From: an uncultured Candidatus Saccharibacteria bacterium
GTDB taxonomy: Bacteria > Patescibacteriota > Saccharimonadia > Saccharimonadales > UBA4665
Direction of reading: 5' to 3'
Assembly (NCBI GenBank): GCA_964446315.1
Contig: CAYUNY010000001.1
Location: forward strand, 1-29,565
Length of the DNA: 29,565 nt
Part shown: in pieces, positions 19,060 through 26,507 of the stretch
Layout: the number at the start of each line of letters is the position of its first letter
Numbering within the stretch: the stretch's first letter is position 1
The notes under the pieces: generated by a model
Database searches by the model: none
What the model was told of the DNA's origin: nothing
The model's input: the letters and a program-made list of their open reading frames with translations, nothing else
Position numbers and translations under genes: made by a program

Positions 19060-20280
19060 TTACGCAACGCCAATGACGATATCGTGCTTAGCGTTGATGA
19101 AAGTTCCGTTTTTAACTTTTTTACGTACTCTAAATTTGCAGCTGGATTCAGCCCAGTCAAGAATAGTGGTCCCGTCACTATTTGCGATTGCCGGAGCAAC
19201 AGAAAACGTTCCTGAGTTAAAAACATTGGGTATGCGCCATTGAAGCGTTGTGGTAGTGCCCGCTTTTAGCTCAACCGTCTTTACGTGATTAATCATTGTG
19301 TTGGAGTTGAATACTCGGTGCTCATCTTCATCCGAAATAATGATGCCATAAACAGGCTCATTAATATTTTTATTTGCTTTGTATGTAACTTTGATAAGAA
19401 TGGTGCTGTCCTCGTCTGCAAAGTCAGCCTTTGTCTTCATGTCTTCGCCAAGCGCAGTGGCACTAATAACGCGGGCGTCTCCAGTGCCCCAGCGTGTCTT
19501 AGTCTTAGCTTTTTCCTCTGCCTTTTTCTTTTGGTCCTCGCTTGCATTTAATACATCCATGTACTCGTTTACAACTCTGTCTATTTTGTCATTGGTCACA
19601 ACCTTGCCCTGCTCAAGCAATAGTCCTCTATCGCAGTATTTTAGTAAAGCATCGCTGTCGTGACTTACAAAAATTACAGTCTTTTTGTCCTGTTTGAGCT
19701 GTCTAAAGTAGTCGTAACATTTTTTTTGGAAGAGTGAGTCGCCTACGGCCAAAACTTCGTCAATGAGTAACACATCTGATTTTGCACGTATAGCAATCGA
19801 AAAGGCTAGCCTTACCTGCATGCCTGAAGAGTAGTTTTTTAACTTCTGGTCCATGAAACGCTCAATCTCGGCAAAATCAACGATGTCACTGTACATTGTG
19901 TTCATCTCTTTCCTCGAGAAACCGAGAAGAGCGCCATTTAGAAAAACATTTTCGCGGCCAGTGAGCTCGGGGTTAAAACCAACACCAAGCTCTATGAAAG
20001 GTGTCAGTTTGCCGTTGATAGAAATACTTCCTTCGCTGGGAGAGTAGATTCCTGCCAACATTTTAAGTAAGGTGCTTTTACCACTACCGTTACGTCCAAC
20101 GATGCCAAAGAATTCTCCTTTTCTTACTTCAAATGAAACATTCTTAAGCGCATGTTGCTGCTCAAATGTTAGCTTTCGCCTGTAGAAATTAAGCACCGCG
20201 CTTTTGATAGAGGTGTTTTTTTCGTGAGGTAGCTTAAACGTTTTACTCACATTTTCCACTTTAATTGCGACATCTGACAT
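19060..20280 (-). CDS. wzt: Polysaccharide ABC exporter ATP-binding subunit with C-terminal Wzt_C-like domain
   Basis: Walker A GRNGSGKST, ELGVGFNPELTGREN, signature YSSGMQVRLAF, Walker B LLIDEVLAVGD, VSHD. A ~160-aa beta-rich extension starts RWGTGDA. Confidence 0.95.
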   Translation of the reverse strand: MSDVAIKVENVSKTFKLPHEKNTSIKSAVLNFYRRKLTFEQQHALKNVSFEVRKGEFFGIVGRNGSGKSTLLKMLAGIYSPSEGSISINGKLTPFIELGVGFNPELTGRENVFLNGALLGFSRKEMNTMYSDIVDFAEIERFMDQKLKNYSSGMQVRLAFSIAIRAKSDVLLIDEVLAVGDSLFQKKCYDYFRQLKQDKKTVIFVSHDSDALLKYCDRGLLLEQGKVVTNDKIDRVVNEYMDVLNASEDQKKKAEEKAKTKTRWGTGDARVISATALGEDMKTKADFADEDSTILIKVTYKANKNINEPVYGIIISDEDEHRVFNSNTMINHVKTVELKAGTTTTLQWRIPNVFNSGTFSVAPAIANSDGTTILDWAESSCKFRVRKKVKNGTFINAKHDIVIGVA

Positions 20281-20282
20281 GG

Positions 20283-21083
20283 TTATATGTTCTCCGCGAA
20301 GTACTTTGATTCTTTACGGAAATAGCTGATACCTCCGACTAGCGCCAGTATAACGACCAGAAAGGGCAGGAATTGATACCAGCCGCCTTGGAAGATTTGG
20401 TGGGCGGTGGTTGCGTCATGGGTTATGGCAGCGTATCGTGCGTCTTGGATGGCTTGGCCCATAGGATTAATTAAAATTAGTTTCTGGAAGGTAAGATTTG
20501 GGATCTGAGATAACGGATAAAGTATGGGCGTTAGATAGAAGCCTGCTTGTAGAATCACCTCCCAGATGTAGTTAACGTCTCGGAATTTTACAAAAGCCGC
20601 CGAAAGAAACATTGACAACCCTAGAGCAAACAAATAGACCTCGACCAAAATAAGCGGTACCCAGAGTATTGTGGGCGTCACGTCGACATGGTTAACAATC
20701 ATGAAGACGATGATCACTATAAGGTTTAAGAAGAGGTTGATTAGCGCTGAAATGCTACTGCTGAGCACAATTATCCATCTTGGTATTTTTATCTTGCGGA
20801 TCAGGTCACCCCGTCCCACGATTGAGCTAAGGCTTTGTACGGTCATTTCGTTAAAGAAGTTCCAGATGACGATACCAAGCAATAGATAGACCGGATAGTG
20901 CGGAATGCCAGCGCCGAGTTTCAGGAATTTTACAAATACTATGTAAAGGATTACGAAAAGTAGTAGTGGGCGTAGTAGCGACCAAGCGTAACCAAGGGCG
21001 GAACCCTGGTAACGTAGCTTGAAATCGGTGCGAACCAGCTCGCTGAGCAAGGCACGGTTCTGCTTGGAGTAAATGTGACGCAT
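20283..21083 (-). CDS. wzm: Polysaccharide ABC exporter permease (Wzm/RgpC-like)
   Basis: DFKLRYQGSALGYAWSLLRP, RGDLIRKI, FRDVNYIWE, YLTPILYP, NPMGQAIQDAR, FAENI; 6 TM segments. Confidence 0.95.
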   Translation of the reverse strand: MRHIYSKQNRALLSELVRTDFKLRYQGSALGYAWSLLRPLLLFVILYIVFVKFLKLGAGIPHYPVYLLLGIVIWNFFNEMTVQSLSSIVGRGDLIRKIKIPRWIIVLSSSISALINLFLNLIVIIVFMIVNHVDVTPTILWVPLILVEVYLFALGLSMFLSAAFVKFRDVNYIWEVILQAGFYLTPILYPLSQIPNLTFQKLILINPMGQAIQDARYAAITHDATTAHQIFQGGWYQFLPFLVVILALVGGISYFRKESKYFAENI

Positions 21084-21092
21084 TATTTTAGA

Positions 21093-21125
21093 GTATTATA
21101 GAGGAAATGAGCGCTTCAGTCGATG
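21093..21125 (+). repeat. 33-bp imperfect direct repeat, copy 1 (contains overlapping bidirectional -10 boxes)
   Basis: gtattatagaggaaatgag-cgcttc-agtcgatg; 27/33 identical to 23507-23539. Confidence 0.85.
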
Positions 21126-22469
21126 AATAAGAAGGTCCGTGGCACGCGTCCTCAAAGTCCTCGCCTCCTGTTTATCGCCCCAACAAACGACTTAATAGCC
21201 GGCGGCGAGATATCGCATTTCGAGCTTATTAAAGCCGCTGTTAACCGTGGCTGCAGGGTGCATGTGGTGTTGCCGGGGGACGGCTATTTCGCCAACCAAC
21301 TTGCCAGGCGGAAGATAGGTCACACTGTTGTTCCCTTTTCCTATTGGCACCCGGAAATCCCAGCAATGGACGTCGCCCTACAAGATACGGAAGCCATTTT
21401 AAAGATATCTGCTCTCATAAAGAGCCTGCAAATCGATTCTGTGATAACCAACACGCTGAACATGCCTTGGGGGGCGGTCGCGGCGGCAATGACTAACGTG
21501 CCGCACGTATGGATAGCGCGCGAATTTCCGTTACATGAATTTAAGTATCTTGGGGATCGCTATGATTTTATTGGCGGTTTTTCAAACTTGGTGATAGCGA
21601 ACTCCAAAAATCTCGCCAAATATATGCGTGACGAGGCCGGCCTGACGAAAGTTAAGCATTTTTATTCGTATGTGAATGCAGATCACCTAGCGCTAGATAC
21701 CGGTATCAAGAAGACGCGTGTCGTATGTGTTGGCAACATTCATTCCCGTAAGAACCAGCTGGAACTCATACGGGCGATGGCGCTCGTTAAGGAAAAGTAT
21801 GGGGAGGACTATAAGCTACTTATTATCGGGCACGCCGTAGAGAAACCCTACTACAAGAACCTCCAGCAAGAGGTTAAAAAAACCGGCCTGCAGAATATGG
21901 TTGAATTTCTGCCATTTTCGGAACAGCCATGGAGCTACATCAGGCCGAACGATGTGTTCGTGCAAACATCTGTCTCGGAAAGTATTGGCCGTAGCATGAC
22001 CGAGGCGATGAAACTTGGTATCGTCTGCATCGGCTCCGATATCCCGGGCATACGTGAGGCGTTCGGGTTGGGAGGTGGCATTCTTTACAAGAGCGGGGAT
22101 CCCCTGGACCTGGCTGCGAAGATTTCGATGGTCTTAGAAAGTCCCGAAAAATATAGGCAACAGGCCAAGCAAGCCCAAAAGCAGGCCTCGAAAAACATGT
22201 CTGAAAAGACGGCGCACGATCCTTTCTTTCGCGAACTCGACAAGTTATTCGGCGCGTCTAATCCCAGAGGGGAGCTGGCACATCTGCTACCCCTCCTTGA
22301 GGGCGAAGTTACCAACCATAAACGACATCTTGCGGAGCTGTCAATAATAGGCAAGGAGAATAAAGCGCTGGCGTTGCACCTCAAGGCTACCGATGCCGAT
22401 TTACAGAATGTGGTTCAGTCCAAGGCGTGGAAATTTGTACTACATATACGAAAAGTCTTAAGAAGATAG
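21123..22469 (+). CDS. GT4 glycosyltransferase with C-terminal coiled coil and SKAW tail
   Basis: GGEISHF, VITNT, HVWIARE, VGNIHSRKNQ and the EX7E motif ESIGRSMTE. Tail: ..LKATDADLQNVVQSKAWKFVLHIRKVLRR. Confidence 0.85.
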   Translation: MNKKVRGTRPQSPRLLFIAPTNDLIAGGEISHFELIKAAVNRGCRVHVVLPGDGYFANQLARRKIGHTVVPFSYWHPEIPAMDVALQDTEAILKISALIKSLQIDSVITNTLNMPWGAVAAAMTNVPHVWIAREFPLHEFKYLGDRYDFIGGFSNLVIANSKNLAKYMRDEAGLTKVKHFYSYVNADHLALDTGIKKTRVVCVGNIHSRKNQLELIRAMALVKEKYGEDYKLLIIGHAVEKPYYKNLQQEVKKTGLQNMVEFLPFSEQPWSYIRPNDVFVQTSVSESIGRSMTEAMKLGIVCIGSDIPGIREAFGLGGGILYKSGDPLDLAAKISMVLESPEKYRQQAKQAQKQASKNMSEKTAHDPFFRELDKLFGASNPRGELAHLLPLLEGEVTNHKRHLAELSIIGKENKALALHLKATDADLQNVVQSKAWKFVLHIRKVLRR

Positions 22470-23498
22470 CTTGTTGTAGGCTTGAAACCAGCTAATAAAT
22501 TCATCCAGGCCGTCGGTGTATGGGGTTTGTGGCTCGTAGCCGATGGCGTTCTTTAGCTTTGAGTTATCGGCGTCGGTAAAGGGGGCTTCCTCTTGGCTCA
22601 TCGGCACGCGTTTAATCTGGGGCTTTACGGCCAGCTTGTCGGCTATGTATGCAAGCACCGCCTCGATGTTAACGGGCTCGCTGTGGCCGATGTTAAAGGT
22701 TGTATGGTTAGGGTACGACTTATCGCCAGCTTGTTTTCCGTCATAAAACTTGTCAATTAGGGTTTGCACCGCCTGTGCGATGTCGCCGACGTAAGTCATG
22801 TCACGCAAGACGTCGCCGTTGCCACGTAGCTCGACCGGCCGGTTTTTAGCCAGCGCTTCGGCCCACCTGTAATAGGCCATGTCGGGCCGGCCCCATGGTC
22901 CGTAAGCACTAAAGAACCTCATGGCTATACAGCGTAGCCTCGAGTTACGTGAGTATGACTTGGCCATTAATTCGTTACTTATCTTGGTGGCCGCGTAAAG
23001 CGATAAAGGCCTGTCGCACTGCTCCGTTTCTTTCCACGGCATGTTGGCGTTTGATCCGTAGACTGAAGAGGACGAAGCGTAAAGGAAGAGTTTCACGCCA
23101 TGCTTGCTGGACTGCTCGATAATATTGCTGAAGCCGTCGATATTGGAGTGGATGTAGCTGGTGGGGTTTGTGGCCGAGTAGCGGACGCCGGCCTGGGCGG
23201 CCAGGTTGATGACTACTTCGAAGTGTTGCCTATCAAAAATGGCGGTCATGCCTTTAGCGCCGGCGATGTCTTGGTTGATAAATTTAAGGCGTTGCCCTGT
23301 TCCGTTTGCTTTTACGCCCAGGTTTTTGAGCCTGTCTTTTTTAAGTCGGGGGTCGTAGTAGTCGTTCAGGTTGTCTATGATTGTCAGGTTGGCCGTGGTT
23401 TTTTCAAGTAGCCTTTTGGAGACGTGATAGCCGATAAAGCCCGCGCCTCCGGTAATCAAAATGTTCTTGATCGGATTCCTTGGGGGAGAGTGTGGCAT
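22458..23498 (-). CDS. NAD-dependent epimerase, UDP-glucuronate 4-epimerase-like
   Basis: [70 protein letters not shown]. The start is trimmed from 23636 to ATG 23498 so that it does not overlap the divergent GT2. Confidence 0.88.
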   Translation of the reverse strand: MPHSPPRNPIKNILITGGAGFIGYHVSKRLLEKTTANLTIIDNLNDYYDPRLKKDRLKNLGVKANGTGQRLKFINQDIAGAKGMTAIFDRQHFEVVINLAAQAGVRYSATNPTSYIHSNIDGFSNIIEQSSKHGVKLFLYASSSSVYGSNANMPWKETEQCDRPLSLYAATKISNELMAKSYSRNSRLRCIAMRFFSAYGPWGRPDMAYYRWAEALAKNRPVELRGNGDVLRDMTYVGDIAQAVQTLIDKFYDGKQAGDKSYPNHTTFNIGHSEPVNIEAVLAYIADKLAVKPQIKRVPMSQEEAPFTDADNSKLKNAIGYEPQTPYTDGLDEFISWFQAYNKLSS

Positions 23499-23520
23499 GT
23501 TTTGCGGTATTATAGAGGAA
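23499..23520. promoter_or_regulatory. 22-bp divergent spacer with overlapping -10 hexamers
   Basis: TATTAT on + (23508-23513, 7 nt before ATG 23521) and TATAAT on - (23514-23509, 10 nt before ATG 23498). Confidence 0.6.
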
Positions 23521-23539
23521 ATGAGTAGCCTAGTCGATG
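23507..23539 (+). repeat. 33-bp imperfect direct repeat, copy 2
   Basis: gtattatagaggaaatgag-tagcct-agtcgatg; includes the first 19 nt of the GT2 CDS. Confidence 0.85.
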
Positions 23540-24549
23540 TTAGTGCTTGCGTGGTCGTGCCCAATTGGAATGGCGCCGACAGTCTAAAAAGATGTCTTGA
23601 TTCACTGCTTAAGCAAAGCCTGAAGCCACATATCATCGTGGTCGATAACGGTTCTGTCGACGGATCGGTTGGGATTATTGAAAGCTATGCCTGCATCGAG
23701 CTTATCCAACACGCTAGAAACCTTGGTTATGCCGGCGGTGTTAATGCCGGCTTTAAGCGGGCTATTGAACTTGGCTTTAATTACGCCGCGCCATTCAACA
23801 ATGATGCCGTGGCCGACGAGCATTGGTTGGAGAAGCTAGTTGACCACATTGATAAGCACTCCGAGGTTGGTGTCGCGGCCTGCAAGCTACTGAACGCCGA
23901 TGGCACGGCGATAGACAGCACCGGTGATTACTACACCATCTGGGGACTGCCCTATCCACGCGGCCGCGGCGAGACCGGTATTAATAAGTACGATGCCGAT
24001 ACCGAGATTTTCGCGGCCAGCGGCGGTGCCAGTCTATATAGGGTAAAAATGTTAGAAGAAATTGGATTGTTCGACGAAGATTTTTTCGCCTACTACGAAG
24101 ATGTCGACTTAAGCTTCCGGGCTCAACTGGCGGGTTGGAAGGTGGCTTATGTGCCTGCGGCGATAGCCTATCATCAAATTGGCGCCACCAGCGGCAAACT
24201 AAAAGGCTTCACGACCTATCAAACGCTCAAGAACCTGCCGCAACTGCTCTGGAAAAACATGCCGCCCGGCCTTCTATGGCCGGTTTGGCGACGACTGGTA
24301 CTGGCTTATTCGTTCTTTCTTTTGCGGGCATTATCGCGCGGGCAAATTGTAGCCGTAGTGAAGGGCCTGTTTGTGGGAGCCACTCTGTGGCCCGGCACTT
24401 TACTTAAGCGCCGCAAAATCCAGGGGTCACGCAAAGTCTCTAACGAATATATTTGGAGCGTGCTGGTACATGACCTGCCGCCTAGCGCCCGGGCCTTGCG
24501 AAAACTGCGAGCTGTTTGGTGGAAACTACTCAGGAAACGTGTAGGCTAG
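23521..24549 (+). CDS. GT2 glycosyltransferase, WbbL-like (putative rhamnosyltransferase)
   Basis: VVVPNWNG, VVDNGSVDGS, NLGYAGGVN, FNNDA, GGASLYR, FDEDFFAYYEDVDL, AYH. Start set at ATG 23521. Confidence 0.88.
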   Translation: MSSLVDVSACVVVPNWNGADSLKRCLDSLLKQSLKPHIIVVDNGSVDGSVGIIESYACIELIQHARNLGYAGGVNAGFKRAIELGFNYAAPFNNDAVADEHWLEKLVDHIDKHSEVGVAACKLLNADGTAIDSTGDYYTIWGLPYPRGRGETGINKYDADTEIFAASGGASLYRVKMLEEIGLFDEDFFAYYEDVDLSFRAQLAGWKVAYVPAAIAYHQIGATSGKLKGFTTYQTLKNLPQLLWKNMPPGLLWPVWRRLVLAYSFFLLRALSRGQIVAVVKGLFVGATLWPGTLLKRRKIQGSRKVSNEYIWSVLVHDLPPSARALRKLRAVWWKLLRKRVG

Positions 24550-24553
24550 TAGT

Positions 24554-25483
24554 ATGTCGAAAATCTTGGTAACAGGCGCCAACGGTTTTGTGGGTCAGCA
24601 TATGGTAAAAGAGCTGGCTGAACATGGGGCAGATGTGTTGGCGGTTGGCGGACCTAAAGCAACTACCAGTCAGTCCAAATTCATTAAAGAACGTCTTGTG
24701 CTTGATTTAAGAAATGCTGACGAGGTCAATAAAATTGATTTCAGTGAAGTTACAGATGTCGTGCACTTAGCCGGCTTGGCCGCCTTTACACCCTCTTTTG
24801 ATCGACCGATGGAGTATATTAACACTAACATTGGTTTAGAAACTAATTTGTTTGAGGCTGCCTTAGCTCAAGATGTCCGTCCACGATTTTTAATCGTAAG
24901 TAGCGGCACCCTGTACGATCCTAAAGCCCCACAGCCCCTGACTGAAGACTCTCCGGTTGTACCTAATTCACCTTACTCGGTCAGCAAGCTTGGCCAGGAA
25001 CAGATGGCCCAATATTATCAATCACGGGGTTTTGAGTGTATCATCGCCAGGCCCTTTAACCACATTGGGCCCGGCCAAGATCTGGGTTTCATTGTGCCGG
25101 ATATTGCAAAGCAAGCCGTGGCCGTTGCGAAAGGTGACGCCAAAGAAGTGGTGGTAGGCAACCTTGATCCTCAGCGTGACTATACCGATGTTAGAGATAT
25201 AGCCCGAGCTTATCGTTTATTACTAGAAAAGGGACGGCCAGGCGAAATTTATAATGTGTGTTCCGGCGTGCCATATAGTGGTCATGATATTTTGGCTGGT
25301 ATTCTTAAGGCCGCTGGTTGCCAACCGATAGTTAAACAAGACTCTGCCAAAATGCGGTCTACCGACGTGCGGTCAGTCACCGGCAGTCACCAGAAAATTA
25401 CTAAAGACACAGACTGGCAACCTACTATACCGCTTGAGAAGACTCTTGCCGACGTCATAGCGGACTTGCAGGCTCAAGCTTAG
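24554..25483 (+). CDS. rmd: GDP-4-keto-6-deoxy-D-mannose reductase-like SDR (GDP-D-rhamnose synthesis)
   Basis: ILVTGANGFVG, HLAG, LIVSSG, PNSPYSVSK, the Rmd-typical RPFNHIGPGQ, VGNLDPQRDYTDVRD and YNVCSG. Confidence 0.78.
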   Translation: MSKILVTGANGFVGQHMVKELAEHGADVLAVGGPKATTSQSKFIKERLVLDLRNADEVNKIDFSEVTDVVHLAGLAAFTPSFDRPMEYINTNIGLETNLFEAALAQDVRPRFLIVSSGTLYDPKAPQPLTEDSPVVPNSPYSVSKLGQEQMAQYYQSRGFECIIARPFNHIGPGQDLGFIVPDIAKQAVAVAKGDAKEVVVGNLDPQRDYTDVRDIARAYRLLLEKGRPGEIYNVCSGVPYSGHDILAGILKAAGCQPIVKQDSAKMRSTDVRSVTGSHQKITKDTDWQPTIPLEKTLADVIADLQAQA

Positions 25484-26475
25484 TCGAGATCCGACGCCGA
25501 TTCTAGGCCTACATCGTGCTGTACCATCATTTTTACAAGGCTCGGGAAATCTACTTTGCGTTTCCAGCCTAGTTCTTTTTCGGCCTTAGCAGAATTACCA
25601 AGCAAGACATCCACTTCGGCTGGTCGCATAAAAGCCGGGTTTTTCTTAACGTATGGTTTCCAGTTGTTTATGCCTACTTCGCTAAAGGCAAGGTCTAGAA
25701 AGTCCTTTATGGAATGGCTTTCGCCCGTTGCCAATACATAATCGTCTGGTTTGTCTTGCTGTAACATACGCCATATCCCATCAACATAGTCGCCGGCATA
25801 GCCCCAGTCACGGCTTGCTTCTAAGTTACCGAGCTCGATGTGGGTCTGCTTATTCAAATGTATTCGCGCCACGCTGTTGCTGATTTTTCGGGTCACAAAC
25901 TCCAGGCCCCGTCTCGGGCCTTCGTGATTAAATAAAATGCCGCAACTGGCGTGCATACCGTAACTCTCGCGGTAGTTTCTGGTCGTCCAATGGGCATACA
26001 ATTTAGCAACTCCGTATGGGCTTCTTGGGTGGAATGTAGCCTTCTCGTCGTATCCCTTCTGTGAGCGGTTGTAGTCCATGCCGCCAAACATTTCCGAAGT
26101 AGACGCTTGATAAAAGCGTATGGTCTTGGTGCCGCCACTTTGGCGGATGGCTTCTAGGATGTTTAATGCGCCTTTGCCTGTGACATCAGCCACCAGTTGT
26201 GGAGCCTTGAAAGAGTACCCTACATGGCTGATAGCGGCCAGGTTATAAACTTCGTCGGGCTTTGAGGTTTCCAGAGCATGCATCAGTGAAGACTGGTCGG
26301 TCAAATCGCCTTCAATAAGGTGAACGTAAGGCTGTTCCTGCTCAACCCGCTGTTGCTTGGGGTTGTGTTGACCGCGGATCAGGCCGTAAACCTTGTAGCC
26401 TTTTTCGTGTAATAACTCTGCTAGGTGGTAGCCGTCTTGTCCGGTGATACCTGTAATAAGTGCTTGTTTTGCCAT
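25480..26475 (-). CDS. gmd: GDP-mannose 4,6-dehydratase
   Basis: ALITGITGQDG, EVYNLAAISHV, FYQASTSEMFG, PRSPYGVAKLY, GILFNHE, FVTRKI, LGNLEASRDWG, RPAEVDVLLG. Confidence 0.97.
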   Translation of the reverse strand: MAKQALITGITGQDGYHLAELLHEKGYKVYGLIRGQHNPKQQRVEQEQPYVHLIEGDLTDQSSLMHALETSKPDEVYNLAAISHVGYSFKAPQLVADVTGKGALNILEAIRQSGGTKTIRFYQASTSEMFGGMDYNRSQKGYDEKATFHPRSPYGVAKLYAHWTTRNYRESYGMHASCGILFNHEGPRRGLEFVTRKISNSVARIHLNKQTHIELGNLEASRDWGYAGDYVDGIWRMLQQDKPDDYVLATGESHSIKDFLDLAFSEVGINNWKPYVKKNPAFMRPAEVDVLLGNSAKAEKELGWKRKVDFPSLVKMMVQHDVGLESASDLD

Positions 26476-26507
26476 TCGACTAGTATAACATCTAGTATTA
26501 TAGGGGC
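26476..26507. promoter_or_regulatory. 32-bp divergent promoter gmd/GT4
   Basis: Minus: TGtTATACT (26490-26482), 6 nt before ATG 26475. Plus: TATTAT (26496-26501), 6 nt before ATG 26508. Tandem ctagtat copies at 26480 and 26492. Confidence 0.6.

Noticed and set aside
18499-19215. 238-aa plus-strand ORF spanning the methyltransferase start and wzt end
   Set aside because: It is antisense to two strong genes, and its composition shows no domain-like pattern. Only expression data could rescue it.
18472-19727. Homopolymer runs (T7 at 18472, T8 at 19720) as phase-variation tracts
   Set aside because: They are short, the frames are intact, and such runs are expected in AT-rich Lys codons. I saw no long G/C or SSR tracts.
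21093-23539. Calling the repeat-flanked cassette a mobile element
   Set aside because: There is no transposase, integrase or terminal inverted repeat. It is kept as a repeat feature and a finding only.
23461-23636. Apparent 176-bp head-to-head overlap of the epimerase and GT2 ORFs
   Set aside because: An artefact of longest-ORF starts. ATG 23498 (-) and ATG 23521 (+) fit the conserved domains and remove the overlap.
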